NCBI GenBank assembly: GCA_002269645.1 | Contig: NIVC01001238.1 | Coordinates: 1 to 64,000 of the forward strand | Direction: 5' to 3' | DNA: 64,000 nucleotides | From: Macrostomum lignano | Lineage: Eukaryota | Shown: positions 29,800-43,736 of the stretch, piece after piece | Layout: each line of letters begins with the position of its first letter | Position numbering within the stretch: the first letter of the stretch is position 1 | Program-made: the position numbers and the translations under genes | The notes under the pieces: generated by a model | What the model saw: the letters and a program-made list of their open reading frames with translations, nothing else | Databases searched by the model: none | What the model was told of the DNA's origin: nothing

Positions 29800-30568
29800 G
29801 ACGGAAATGGCATCCCTATCTCGGAAATGGCATCTCTATCTTGGAAATGGCATCCCTATCTCGGAAATGGCATCCCAATTTTGGAAATGGCATCCCTATC
29901 TCGGAAATGGCATCTCTATCTTGGAAATGGCATCCCTATCTCGGAAATGGCATCCCAATTTTGGAAATGGCATTCCTATCTCGGAAATGGCATTCCTATC
30001 TCGGAAATGGCATCTAAATCTCGGAAATGGCATCCCAATTTTGGAAATGGCATTCCTATCTCGGAAATGGCATTCCTATCTCGGAAATGGCATCTAAATC
30101 TCGGAAATGGCATCCCAATTTTGGAAATGGCATTCCTATCTCGGAAATGGCATCTAAATCTCGGAAATGGCATCTAAATCTCGGAAATGGCATCTAAACC
30201 TCGGAAATGGCATCTAAATCTAGGAAATAGCATCCCTATCTCGGAAATGGCATCCCTATCTCGGAAATGACATCCCTGTCTCGAAAATGGCATCCCTATC
30301 TCGGAAATGGCATCCCTATCTTGGAAATGGCATCCCTATCTTCGAAATGGCATCCCTATCTTCGAAATGGCATCCCTATCTCGGAAATGGCATCCCTATC
30401 TCGGAAATGGCATCCCTATCTTGGAAATGACATCCCTATCTTCGAAATGGCATCCCTATCTTCGAAATGGCATCCCTATCTCGGAAATGGCATCCCTATC
30501 TCGGAAATGGCATCCCTATCTTGGAAATGACATCCCTATCTTCGAAATGGCATCCCTATCTTGGAAAT
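29800..30568. repeat. 20-bp intronic minisatellite (TCGGAAATGGCATCCCTATC)
   Basis: Direct reading. Confidence 0.95.
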
Positions 30569-30581
30569 CAAGCTCATCTAC

Positions 30582-31754
30582 CTGTCAACCGCACTGGCGG
30601 GAGCGGCAGCAGCCGCAGCTTCAGGCTTCCCATTAGGCGCCGTCACGCCAGCAGCCTTCGCGGCTGAGTTGCTTGCCGATGCCAACAGAGCAACCGACGC
30701 CGAGTCGGCAGCGGCAGCGGCTGCCGGCGTCTTCTTGGGACTCTGCCGCATCAGGAAGTCCTTGCCGAGCTGGTCCAGTCCTTTGAACACGGCGCTCTCC
30801 GCCGCCGAGGCACCGGTGGAGCCGCTGGTAGACTGCAGCTGCGTGCCAGCCGACGGCTTGCTGGGGTTCAGCGCCAGGTTCGGCACCGCGGAGGACGCGG
30901 CCGGCTTGACGGAGGCGCCGCCGCCGCCACCACCTTTCATCGGCACCATCGGGGCGATGCCAACCCGCTGAACTGGTGGAGCAACCGACGAGGCAGACGA
31001 GAACAGGTCGCTCAACAGGTCGATGTCGCCGCTGCTGCCGCCTCCGCCTGTCGACGCTGTCGCTGTTGATGCCGTAGGTGCTGTCGTATTAAAAATCGAC
31101 GAAGAAATTGTTGCGGCCAACGCGGACGAGGCCGGAGTGGCCGAATAAGCAGGCGGAAGGTCGGGCAGGTCGAGGATGCTGCCGGCCGCGGGAGCGGCGC
31201 TGGACGCAGTGGACGACGTCGAAGGCCCGTAGCTGAGTGGGTCGAACGGGTCGAAGGCCATGTCGCCGATCAGCAGGCCGCCGCCACCGCTGGAGGAGCT
31301 TGTCGGCGAGACTGCCGATGCTGCAGGTGCAGAGCCAGCGGCAGCCGACGAAGAAAAACCGCTGCTGGGCGCCTGCGGCGCCGACGCCTCTCTGAGCTGA
31401 TCCTCGCCAATGAGCTCAGTGCATCGTTTGAGTACCTCGGCGGCCAGATCGTTGACGGCCAGCACCTCCTTCATGGACTCCTCGTCCGTGTTCTCCGTCT
31501 CCCCAGCCAGCCTGTAGAGCCTCGGCCGGGCCTCCCGCAGAGTCCGGTGCAGCTCGCGGATGATCTCCACATCGCTCTGAACAGCCTCGGTAGGCCTGTA
31601 GTGGTTGAGCATCTCGCTGAGCAGTTGGGCATTGTTGCGGACCGTCTCCAGCTCCCCTAGCCGCTTGGATAGCCGGTCCATGCGCTCGTTGTCCTGCTTC
31701 ACTGCGGATTTGATCAGCCGGTTGGCGGCCATCAGGTCCTCGGGCCGCTTGGAC
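30582..31754 (-). CDS. gga: GGA adaptor exon (GAT domain and hinge)
   Basis: SKRPEDLMAANRLIK...ELETVRNNAQLLSEML...RPRLYRLAGET...LAVND GAT signature. The hinge has DFDP/DLL-type motifs. Splice phases fit. Confidence 0.92.
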
Positions 31755-31819
31755 CTGGCCGGGTGGAGCAACTTTGGCTTTTAATAATGCTGCGAATGAC
31801 CCGTGCCTTCATGATGCTC

Positions 31820-32360
31820 AATAGGATGCTCCTTCTAAATCCCTGAACCCCTCAATAGGATGCTCATTGTAAATCCCTGATCCCCTCAATAGGATGCTCC
31901 TTCTACATTCCTGATCCCCTACCTCAATGGGAGGCTCCTTCTAAATCCCTGATCCCCTCCCCTCGACAGGATGCTCCTTCTAAATCCCTGATCCCCTACC
32001 TCAATGGGATGCTCCTTCTAAATCCCTGATCCCCTCAATGGGATGCTCCTTCTAAATCCCTGATCCCCTCAATGGGATGCTCCTTCTAAATCCCTGATCC
32101 CCTCAATGGGATGCTCCTTCTAAATCCCTGATCCCCTACCTCAATGGGATGCTCCTTCTAAATCCCTGATCCCCTCAATGGGATGCTCCTTCTAAATCCC
32201 TGATCCCCTACCTCAATGGGATGCTCCTTCTAAATCCCTGATCCCCTACCTCAATGGGATGCTCCTTCTAAATCCCTGATCCCCTTAATAGGATGCTCCT
32301 TCTAAATCCCTGATCCCCTCCCTCAATAGGATGCTCCTTCTACATCCCCGATCCCCCTAT
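31820..32360. repeat. 34/38-bp intronic minisatellite (AATGGGATGCTCCTTCTAAATCCCTGATCCCCTC)
   Basis: Direct reading. Confidence 0.92.
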
Positions 32361-32423
32361 CTTTTTCCCTTTTCAATTTAGTTTAAAAAATCTCACTAAG
32401 CTAAAAAAGCAACAGTTTCTCAC

Positions 32424-32704
32424 TTGAGCAGCCTGCTAATCTCTTGAGCAGTTTTCTCGTCGTTAAATATAGCAGTGTCCTTCTCGCGCTTCAACGGTAG
32501 ATAGGGATTTGAGCGCAGAGTCTGGTCGATGTACACCGGGTCCCTGGAGATGATGCCCTGCTTCTTCAGCATGTCGTAGGCCTCGCGAATCTTCGGCTCT
32601 GTGTAGAGGCCGCGGGACCAGCCGTAGAGGCACTCGATGCAGCGCTTCTTCACCGCCTCGCTGGACGTGGCGCCCAGGTACTTCGGGGACAGGATCTTGA
32701 TGAT
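32424..32704 (-). CDS. gga: GGA adaptor exon (VHS C-terminus)
   Basis: IIKILSPKYLG...KIREAYDMLKKQGII..DP, donor AA|GTGAGA. Confidence 0.93.
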
Positions 32705-32737
32705 CTGGGAGGGGCGGTTGAGAGACGGGCGGGTTAG

Positions 32738-33597
32738 ATAGTGGCACTCAGTGTAGGAAAATGGCAGTGCAGGGGAGATAGTGGCACTCAGTGTAGGAAA
32801 ATGGCAGTGCAGGGGAGATAGTGGCACTCAGTGTAGGGAAAATTGCAGTCAGTGCAGGGGAGATAGTGGCACTCAGTGTAGGGATAATGGCAGTCAGTAT
32901 AGAGGAGATAGTGGCACTCAGTGCAGTGGAGATAGTGGCACTCAGTGTAGGGAAAATTGCATTCAGTGTAGGGGAGATAGTGGCACTCAGTGTAGGGGAG
33001 ATAGTGGCACTCGGTGTAGGGGAGATAGTGGCACTCAGTGCAGGGGAGATAGTGGCACTCAGTGTAGGGAAAATGGCAGTCAGTGTAGGGGAGATAGTGG
33101 CACTCAGTGCAGTGGAGATAGTGGCACTCAGTGCAGTGGAGATAGTGGCACTCAGTGTAGGGAAAATTGCAGTCAGTGTAGGGGAGATAGTGGCACTCAG
33201 TGTAGGGAAAATGGCAGTCAGTGTAGGGGAGATAGTGGCACTCAGTGCAGGGGAGATAGTGGCACTCGGTGTAGAGAAAATGGCAGTCAGTGTAGGGGAG
33301 ATAGTGGCACTCGGTGTAGGGAAAATGGCAGTCAGTGTAGGGGAGATAGTGGCACTCAGTGCAGTGGAGATAGTGGCACTCAGTGCAGTGGAGATAGTGG
33401 CACTGAGTGCAGGGGAGATAGTGGCACTCAGTGCAGTGGAGATAGTGGCACTCAGTGTAGGGAAAATGGCACTCAGTGCAGGGGAGATAGTGGCACTCAG
33501 TGTAGGGAAAATGGCACTCAGTGCAGGGGAGATAGTGGCACTCAGAGCAGTGGAGATAGTGGCACTCAGTGCAGTGGAGATAGTGGCACTCAGTGTA
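32738..33597. repeat. Intronic minisatellite of interleaved 24- and 21-bp units (GTGGCACTCAGTGTAGGGGAGATA)
   Basis: Direct reading. Confidence 0.93.
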
Positions 33598-33621
33598 ACA
33601 AGTAACAGTAAGCTGGCATAC

Positions 33622-33857
33622 CTCATTAAGAAAGCGGAATTTCCCCAGCTCCTGGTGAAACACGGGGCCGCAGTTGCGCACGCAAGCCTCGGTGACAGCC
33701 AGAGCGTAGAGAGCCTCATTCTCCTGCGGGCTGTGGATCTTGTGAGCCAATAAGCGCAGAGCAATCTGCGGGCCTTCCAGCTCTTTGCTGACTTGCTGAC
33801 TAAATTTGTTCACAGCGTCCCAGTTGATTTCTCGATTAGTTGGGTCAGTGGCTCGGT
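33622..33857 (-). CDS. gga: GGA adaptor exon (VHS N-terminus); first coding exon not located
   Basis: RATDPTNREINWDAVNKF...ELEGPQIALRLLAHKIHSPQE.EAL.AL...EACV..CG..FHQELGKFRFLNE|GTATGC. Confidence 0.95.
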
Positions 33858-34778
33858 CTGTGAAGGTTATTTAAATTAAATGGTATTTATATATAGTATG
33901 AAAAATGAAAGTATTTGCATTTGATAGATTTCAGACATTTTTATTCAAGATTTGTTTCAGGTATTCAAGCAAAGAAGTACAATCGAAAAAGATAGCAAAA
34001 TACAAGTCACACTTAGGGAATCCCTTATTATCCTAACAGTGTTTTGTATATATACTAAAAATTGTATACTATGATCTTATTAATTTTTGGTACAATGGTA
34101 TTAGACAATGCATATTAGCATTCCTTTTCAATAAAGTTTGTTTTATTCATTATTTATCCTGTACTTTAATTCAAATATGCTTTCCAAGAAAATTTTAATC
34201 ATTCTCAAAGACATGCAATGTCTATCAATTTTTTTCTATCAAAGGTCATGCAGGAGTTTAGTGGCTAGAGTTTTAAGGCACCTCTTTGCCACAGAAATCT
34301 AAATGTACATTCACATGTACAGTAGTAGTATCAATTGATAGTACTTCTATTCTGATGTACATTTTCTGCAGTGCACTTAACTGACAATGCACATCTAATA
34401 CTTAAGTTCAAATCATATATTATGCTGTTAAAGGGGATAGGGGTTTGTCTAATAGATGGCTTATATCTAAAGCCTTGTTTTTGATAAAAATCAGACTTAA
34501 CAAGATTTGTTGTTAAACTTGCCTAGATTGTTGCCAGATTAGCTTTTGCCAAATTTGTCCATATTAAATTTCTATTGTTGAATTTGTTTATTGCCTAATT
34601 TGCATGCATTTCATGTTCTGGATCTGAGAATTGTTGAATAAGAAAAACAATTTGTTGATATTTTTATTTCTAAATTTTTTTAATACAATAGTTTTAGTTC
34701 CACTGGTTTGAAATCAAGCCTATTATTCTTTCTGTAAAAAATATATATACATCATATAATAGTTTATTAAAGTGATGG

Positions 34779-35275
34779 AACCTATAGCATTTAACCAATA
34801 TTAATAGAAATGTTAACCTATAGCATTTAACCAATATTAATAGAAATGTTAACCTATAGCATTTAACCAATATAAATAGAAATGTTAACCTATAGCATTT
34901 AACCAATATTAATAGAAATGTTAACCTATAGCATTTAACCAATATTAATAGAAATGTTAACCTATAGCATTTAACCAATATTAATAGAAATGTTAACCTA
35001 TAGCATTTAACCAATATTAATAGAAATGTTAACCTATAGCATTTAACCAATATTAATAGAAATGTTAACCTATAGCATTTAACCAATATTAATAGAAATG
35101 TTAACCTATAGCATTTAACCAATATTAATAGAAATGTTAACCTATAGCATTTAACCAATATTAATAGAAATGTTAACCTATAGCATTTAACCAATATTAA
35201 TAGAAATGTTAACCTATAGCATTTAACCAATATTAATAGAAATGTTAACCTATAGCATTTAACCAGTATTAATAG
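34779..35275. repeat. 36-bp AT-rich minisatellite (AACCTATAGCATTTAACCAATATTAATAGAAATGTT), about 14 copies
   Basis: Direct reading. Confidence 0.95.
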
Positions 35276-36564
35276 AAACATTAAGTAGCTTCCCACCCTA
35301 CTCCCTATTTTATCCCACTCACTCCATTCTCAACCCCAATTTCCTAGCAGATAGTTTTTAAATAAACTTTTTGTCTGTTTAGTAGACAAACAAATAGAAA
35401 AAATGAATTAGAAACCTATAAACCTGCCACTATCAGGGTGTGCAGTGTACACTAGAGTTTTGGACAAAAGATTAGGTATAGGTATATGCAAAGTACACCA
35501 AAAATGTCAAAGGGGTACTGTTCTATCTTTATGAATGCTCTCATAAAATGCTACAAAAGTTATAACAAGGCAAATTTTGTCCTTGTTCTCTACAAATTAT
35601 TCTAATATTGGTAGCTGCCACCAAGACTATTCTATTATTAAATTATTTTTCCTACATTAAGTCTGAGAATGTTTCTTAGAATTAATCTGAGTATATATCT
35701 GAGTACTTTATCTTAGCATAAGTCTGAGTATTTGGTTTGTGAATTATTATTAGAATACTATTTAGCCCTTACAAGTATCATTCTTGTGTTATTCTAGTAG
35801 AGTTTACTGTCATTCTAGTTGCCTTCACTAGTAATTTGGCCTGAGTGGTATACTGGTCTACTGTTATATGTACTTTCTGTATTCCAATCCTGGGTGTTAC
35901 CAAGATCAGAGGGTCATAGCCTCTGTAGTTTTCTATGTACTGCTAGGATCTACTTTGTCTCTTTCTACTACTTCTATTTCTCAGTAGTATGTACTGTATA
36001 TGCTCTCTACCATTTCACTTCTCTTCTGCAAATGAATAACTTGGAAAACAACTTCATTTATATTTGCTTAGAATACTCCTTTCAACTTCTTAACTGTATT
36101 ATATTGCTTGAACTGCGGGAGGTGAGTTGATATTCAACTACCAAAACTCACTTCTATTAATACTATATTTTTGTATCATTTTAAACAAATAATTATATTG
36201 TCAAAATATTGTGCTAGGCCTATGCTCACTCTGTCTTCCTTATTGTTAGCCTTTGCCTAGTCACTTATCTTATGAGCTGCTACCAAAGTTGTCCTAGGGG
36301 TTACTTCTGTCTCTAATAATAATTTCACACTGTCACCAAAAGCTGTCACAGGGCTAATTTACTAATCTCTTAAGTGTTCTTCTTAGGTTGGTAGCAACCA
36401 CCAAGATTATTTGATTAATAAATTATGAGTTTATCAATATTAGAATAATCTGAGAAATGTTTCTTAGAATAGGTCTAAGTATAAGTCTATAAGTATCAGT
36501 CTAAGTATAAGTCTAAGAATAAGTCTAGGTATATGTCTAAGGATTAGTCTAAGTATCTACTTCT

Positions 36565-36800
36565 ATTGGTAGCGTTCTTAATATATGTATTGGTAGCATT
36601 CTTAGTATATGTATTGGTAGCATTCTTAGTATATGTATTGGTAGCATTCTTAGTATATGTATTGGTAGCATTCTTAGTATATGTATTGGTAGCGTTCTTA
36701 GTATATGTATTGGTAGCATTCTTAGTATATGTATTGGTAGCATTCTTAGTATATGTATTGGTAGCATTTTTAGTATATGTATTGGTAGCATTTTTAGTAT
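36565..36800. repeat. 24-bp minisatellite (GGTAGCATTCTTAGTATATGTATT), about 10 copies
   Basis: Direct reading. Confidence 0.93.
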
Positions 36801-38940
36801 ATGCTGAGTGGTCTACTATTGGCCTGGAATGTATTTCTCAGAATGATCTTCCTTGTAATTCTTTTGCAGTTAGTTAAGTATCTGATCGTCTAGTCCAGTC
36901 CTTTAGGCGTTCCCGAGATTAGAGGGTCACAGCCTTCTTAATACTGCATATGTATTCTTGAGATCTACTTTGTTTCACTTGAATCTCCTTGGTATTCTGC
37001 GTATCAATAGTATCTGTGGTATGATTAACTTCCACTTCACTCTTCAAATCGAAAAATTTACTAAGTCTTGAAAAGATTTCTAAGTAACAGTTTAAAGCTC
37101 AACAAGTAGCAAGACTTGAGACTAATTTACAGTAGCAAGAACAGGCAATCAGCCAAGTTGGTGGCTCTCTGGCCAGATCCCGTCTATTTATACTATTTTA
37201 AGACTTGATCAATATTAATTTTGATATATGCAGTATTAAAACAAATAGGGCTAAAATTAGTTTTCAGATTAAAAATACATACAAATTTTACATGAATATT
37301 ATTATTAAACGTTAGAAGATTAAAACAAATAATATGTGAATATTATTCTTGAGTGATTAAACTCGAAATTATTATTGACAAATTTATTTACAAAAACTAT
37401 TATTATTACTATTAGTAGCATTAAGCGCTTGCACAATATTTTGGAAAAAGTGTACAGTATAACAAAAAAGCATTTTTCTTAGATTTATGCAGATTTGAAA
37501 ATAATAGTTTTTGTAGAATAATTGTGTAAAAAGAAAGAGGCCTACCTCAAAAAGAAATATGATTTTGTCATATATGCCAAAATTTCAAAATTATGCAACT
37601 TTACTTTTGTACTATAACAAAAAAGACCTTTTCTACTGTTATGCTCAACATTTATATTTAAATTATAACAAAATAAGTGTCATAGTTATTACTCCTTTAA
37701 AAACTTGCAATTACATAAAGTTCTAATACCTAATTTTTTTGAATGGCATGATCATGTTCAGTTAATTTTTTTATTTTTTATTTGTAGTTTTTTCACTTTT
37801 TAACTATATATCTCTTTCTTTGAAATGTTTGACTTTTGTTATAGAATCTAGAAGAGACTTGCATCTATTTTCAAGTTGCTTCTTATAACAGGCCCTTACT
37901 TTTTGTATGCCAAATATAACTATAAGGTTCAAGCCATATTGCAGAAGGAGGGGTGTATGCCGGAAAATTCTGGAAAACTTGAGTTTTGTAGTGTATACCA
38001 ACGTACATTTCTGGGCTATATACAGTGTTGCATATACAATTGGCATACAAATTAATATAAATAATTTTTTGTACATTTTCTATGTAAAGTTATCTCAAAA
38101 ACCTTTTTTTGCTACTATTTTCTCATTTACTAATCATTTTAATTACCAGAATTGTCATAACAATTGTCATGTCATTATCAATTTTTTGTAATTTAAATTT
38201 AAATTTAAATATTTTTCAATTTTTTTACTATTTTTTAAGTTGGCATACATTTAAAATTTGTTGGTGTACAGTTGAAAATTCAATTAAAATGTGTCCAGCG
38301 TACATAGAAAACCTTCCACAATATGGGGTTCAAGCATGCTAAATATATACGGCGAAATCCAAAAACATAAGATAAAACAGTAAAACAAATCTGCGGACAT
38401 TCGATAGAAAGTAATATATCTAAAAAAGGTTTTTTGAAAGATAGATAGGTCTTTAGAAAATAGTTCTGGATAAAAACTATTGTTTTCATGCTTTATATTG
38501 TTGAATAAATAAGAAAAAACCACAAAAAAGTATTTTGAAAGTCCGAGTTGACCAATTTGCAATTTTTTGTTTTACTTTTTTTCATTATTAAACAATTAAT
38601 TTTAAGACTTGTAGGCCTTAGAGAAGGCTAATTTTTTTACTACTTACAAAACAGAAAGTAATCTATGTTTTACTTTTTATTCAATTCAAAAAGATGAAGT
38701 ATTTCTAAGGATTTCAAAGTTTTTCTAAAACCATATAAACTCGCAAAAATTCATACTAATATAAAGTGCAAAGTTTGCCAGCAAACATCTTTCTCTAAAA
38801 GTAAATATATCGCTAATTCCTTGTTGCAAAATAATCTTTAAGTTGTTTTCTTTCATTTAAATATCAACTTGCATAGTATTAGTATTTGTAATATGCCTAT
38901 ATTTAGACTTAAAAATTTTGGGTAAAAAATGGTACCACAA

Positions 38941-39828
38941 AATGTGAACCCGGTATCCTAATCAGATGCTTACTGTATGCTCATTAAGCGATGAAGAACA
39001 ATGAAATTACACTAAAACATGTATCATCGTGGCGTGTATGCAGGAAAAAAGGAATTTTCCAAATTGCTTTAGTAGAAGCTGAGTAAAATGCAATTTTCCA
39101 ATCCTTATGGGAATTCCAATGTGTTACCCGGCTTCCAAATCAGATGCTTACTGTATGCTTATTAAGCGACGAAGAACAATGAAATTACACTAAAACATGT
39201 ATCATCGCGGCGTGTATGCAGGAAAAAAAGAATTTTCCAAATCGCTTTAGTAGAAGCTGAGTAAAATGCAATTTTCCAATCCTTGTGGAAATTCCAATGT
39301 GTTACCCTGCTTCCAAATCAGATGCTTACTGTATGCTTATTAAGCGACGAAGAATAATGAAATTACACTAAAACATGTATCATTGCAGCGTGTATCCAGT
39401 AAAAAAAGAATTTTCCAAATCGCTTTAGTAGAAGCTGAGTAAAATGCAATTTTCCAATCCTTATGGGAATTCCAATGTGTTACCCGGCTTCCAAATCAGA
39501 TGCTTACTGTATGCTATTAAGTGACGAAGAACAATGAAATTACACTAAAACATATATCATTGTGGCGTGTATGCAGGAAAAAAAGAATTTTCCAAATTGC
39601 TTTAGTAGAAGCTGAGTAAAATGCAATTTTCCAATCCTTATGGGAATTCCAATGTGTTACTCGGCTTCCAAATCAGATGCTTACTGTATGCTTATTAAGT
39701 GACGAAGAACAATGAAATTACACTAAAACATGTATCATTGCGGCGTGTATGCAGGAAAAAAAGAATTTTCCAAATCGCTTCAGTAGAAGCTGAGTAAAAT
39801 GCAATTTTCCAATCCTTACGGGAATTTG
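38941..39828. repeat. 178-bp tandem repeat, 5 copies
   Basis: The anchor ATCAGATGCTTACTG recurs at 38961, 39139, 39317, 39495 and 39672. Confidence 0.92.
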
Positions 39829-42528
39829 TATGTTTAAATAATAAACTTACGTTAAATACAATTTATTGCAAACAAACTCTACAAAATACACGTTGTCAAG
39901 AGTAACGAAAGTGATAAACAAATAAACCCTTGAAAATAATGTTAATAATGTTGTAGAATAATAAAGTGTAACATTATAAGATAGTTAAAGTTAATAAAAT
40001 ACATTATTATAGCTTTTCTATCATTTTCATTAGACTCATTTTAGGTTGTAATTAAACTTACCATTTTAACAAATCATTTTATTAAAAATAAAGCTATACG
40101 AAAATAATTTGTGCTTTAATAGACTTTTTTACTTTTTAAAAACTTGAATAATTTTATTTTATAGCTTTATTGCTTTCAAATTGCCAAAAAACAAATTTTC
40201 ATAAAACTTGCCCCCGATTTTTGGATTTCCCCATACACTAATGAACTATGAAGGGCTAATGCATGCCAGAAAATTCAGGCATACAGGGCACCTTTCTGAC
40301 TATGGTAAACCTGCCCTATAAAGAATTTCTAATCAACTAATATTGAAAATGTTTTTTCTTGACTTATATATATACAAGATACTTTTTTAAAATAAGGAAA
40401 AAATCTTTGAAATTTTAAAAATATATAAAAATACATTATAGGGCCACCTATTTTTCTATGTACACTTGCTATAATGCTATAGGCCTAATATTACTCACAC
40501 TCAATCACAATATACTAAATCTCTAAGATCTTATAATGCAAAATTTAATCCTGTAAAGCAATTTAGTGAAAAATGTTTAAAAAAATTATTATACAATAAT
40601 AAATTTACTATTAGCAAGCAAGCTAAATATTATTAGGTGGAAACAAATAAGTTTGAATTAATTGAATAATAAACTTACTAAGCCACATTTCCAGCTCTTC
40701 ATCTCCTTTACTTTTAATAGATGAGACAGCTGTAGCCATGACAAGAAGCTTTGGTTGACTTTAACAGAAGTTTAGGCTGTATTAATATAGTTACGTTTTT
40801 ACAGTCTACACAGGCTTTCAAACAATAGTGGTTTTTATGATCATAATCAAATATAGTTTAATTTAACTGAAATAAAGAACCTTCTTGCAAACTGAGTTTG
40901 ACAATGACAAAGAATGACGGATTAGATGTTTATTAAGACAGTTTAGTCAACTTTCACACCTTTCAAAGATAACACAAGTTAAAAATTAAAACTATAAAAT
41001 AATTTGTTTCTATTAAGTAACCGACCGAGTCTTTAATATTATCAAATAACTTTCAATTGAAAATTTAATACAACAGCCTTCCCTGATGAATTACTTCTTC
41101 GGCGTTTTTCTGGAAATCATTATTTTAAACTGACACGTAGGAAGTATGCTGATAAAAACAATTTAGCTGTAGAAAGAATGGGCATTGTAATCCTACATTT
41201 ACTTGTCAGTCTGAATCCTTTTTATGCTGGTTTTCATTACAAAATTTTGATTTTCTGGTACAGAATAGCTATTATTTTTGTACACGTTTCGCGGAACAGT
41301 ATATAGCTCACTTGTTGAAGGCGTTAATCGAGGGACGGCAGCGAAAGATAATTTGCATCGAAGCTGGGTAACGGAGCATTATTGAAGACTGTGACGCCAG
41401 GAAAATGGACGGAACGGCACCACATACACTCCATGAGTGTAAATTTAATAAAACACACGACGCAATGCTTTGCACATGCATGTAGCTCGATGTAATTGGG
41501 CCTTGACGGACATGTAAGACTCGGCCCGAAAGCAGGGTTAGATGAGTACTGACCCACCAAAATTCTCCGCCCCTCGAATTTAGCTGCAGCTTTCTCCGCG
41601 GGTTTGAAGGTTAAGAAGATTGAGAACGCGTGGGATAGCCAAACATGACCCACCAGAAAGTCGCAGCTCAGTGCGACAGTACGTATTGAAACATTCATCA
41701 GATTTCCGTAGTATAATTATTCTATCATTTTTGAAGTATGATCCCTAAGGTAAATTTGGAGGACTCGCGAACTCAAAATGCTGAAGGACAATTGTCGTCA
41801 CTTTAACTCGGGAGTTTATTATATATATGCTGCTGCTGCATATAGGCCTAGTCATATGGCGATTTTTTCGGGTCCTGTAAACGCGCATGGTTTTACCAGA
41901 TTTTTTATGCATCAGATGTGCATTATGCTGGAATATTGGCTACGAAGATACTTACTCAACCAGAATTCAAAATAATGTCCCAACTCTGACATTGTCAAGC
42001 CGCAAAGTATGTATGCAAAAAGACATTAAAAGGTTCGGACGGAAACAGCTGAGGTCTCGGACGGCTAAAGGTCGTGCCGCTGAACTCTCAAATCGTAAAA
42101 AAATTCGCGAAAATTCAAAAAACCGGCAAGCAAGCAAAGTTCCAGCGAAAGGTTTGCTGTTTCTGACTCCTTAAACTCTTCGAAGTTACACGTACATCGC
42201 AAATACTGTATTTCAATTGCAATCAGTCATTTATCTTAATACCAGTCCGAGTAATAGCATTACCTCGTGCTTCTTATATAGTACGGGATTTTTTGCTGGA
42301 GGCGGTGTTCGGTGCAGTTTCAGTTCAGACTAAATTTAGCTACTCCATCATATGTCCTATTTCAAGCCGGTGACAATCATTTTACAAGTGCACTGGAAGA
42401 TTTTCCAACCATATGGGCTCCTGTTCCTTTAAACAATTGAGTCCAACCATTTCTCCTGCCATAATAACAAAGTGGACTTCATATTGCTGCCTTCTGTGTT
42501 GCCTGCCTGCCAGCAGGTGAATTCATGC

Positions 42529-42739
<211 letters not shown>

Positions 42740-43197
42740 AACGAACTTTTATTTAGTTACTTTTGGTGGGACAGAAGCGGATATATTTAAATAGAAAGCA
42801 CCAACAGAATAGAATAAGTGATGCTGATTTCACTCCAATAAATATGCTCATAAAATTTCAGTTATTACAAAACAGAATCGGAATGCAGTTTAATGTGAGA
42901 ATTCTAGCTGTCAGAGCATGGTGTAGCAAAAACATCCTAACACAAAGATCCAAGCGTAAATAAAAGAAATCGTGTTTAAATAAAATTTCATAAAAGTTTC
43001 TGCCAGAAACACGAAGACACAATTGTGAGAGTTGCGATTCACAGTTTGATTTTTTGCCGTTTAATAAAATGTAACAACGCGAGATGAGGACAATAGTCAG
43101 TCACTGATAATTTTGTTTTTCGCAACCGATATAAAGAATTGGATTATTAAAAAGCATCTTCAGACATTAACACTGATAATTGAACTGTGACAAAAAT

Positions 43198-43644
43198 TCA
43201 CACCCGCAGCATCATCTGCATCGTATACGGAGGGCCTCGTAGTCTCCAATGATAGTCGAGGCCTTGTAGGCGGCACCGGACGCCTGCGTGGCTGAGTGCA
43301 CGCCGTTCAGGTTGGATTTCATGCAGCTTCCCCACCAGCAGCCGCCCCTGCCATACCCGGTGCTGCAGCTTGAGGAGGAATAAGCGTCGTTGTCCCTGTT
43401 GAAGGTGGAGAACTGATAGCCTCTCGAGCCCCGGCCAAGAAGTCGGAGGTGAAGGTGGAGCTGTTGCTCCCAAAGCTCTTGTTGGCGTTGAGTAAGCTGC
43501 CGCAGTTCATCCTGTAGTTCTTGCTGCAGTTCCCGACCGTGAAGCTGAGATACTCGAACGCGTAGGACTCTCCTTCGAAGGTCTGGGCCTCGATTCGCAG
43601 GTTTCTAGGGCTATTCGCACTCACATCGTGGATGTTATCGAGTC
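43198..43644 (-). pseudogene. Fibrinogen-related domain (FReD) gene, last exon, two apparent frameshifts
   Basis: GLDNIH...LRIEA...YAFEYLSFTVG...Y, then after a shift near 43425 GYQFSTFNRDND....C.....GGCWWGSC.KSNLNG, then after a shift near 43225 TMQMMLRV*. Confidence 0.8.
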
Positions 43645-43736
43645 CTGCAATTGGCATGGTCAAAAACTTACATACTCGCCAAGTTGAGCACACACACAGA
43701 CAATGTTTTACACCCAGCACTGCATGGGATGCTCAC

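Noticed and set aside
32748-33813. Cys/His-rich TECHYLP repeat ORF resembling a metallothionein or zinc-finger protein
   Set aside because: It is the read-through of a GGA intron minisatellite, bounded by good GT/AG sites that restore the VHS domain.
35570-37050. Diverged direct duplication of about 0.8-1 kb, possibly a gag remnant
   Set aside because: The duplication is visible, but the translations are too degraded to assign to any element.
41887-42174. Possible Tc1/mariner N-terminal HTH fragment (SSRKV...DIKRF...GR)
   Set aside because: Short, with no DDE domain or TIRs identified.
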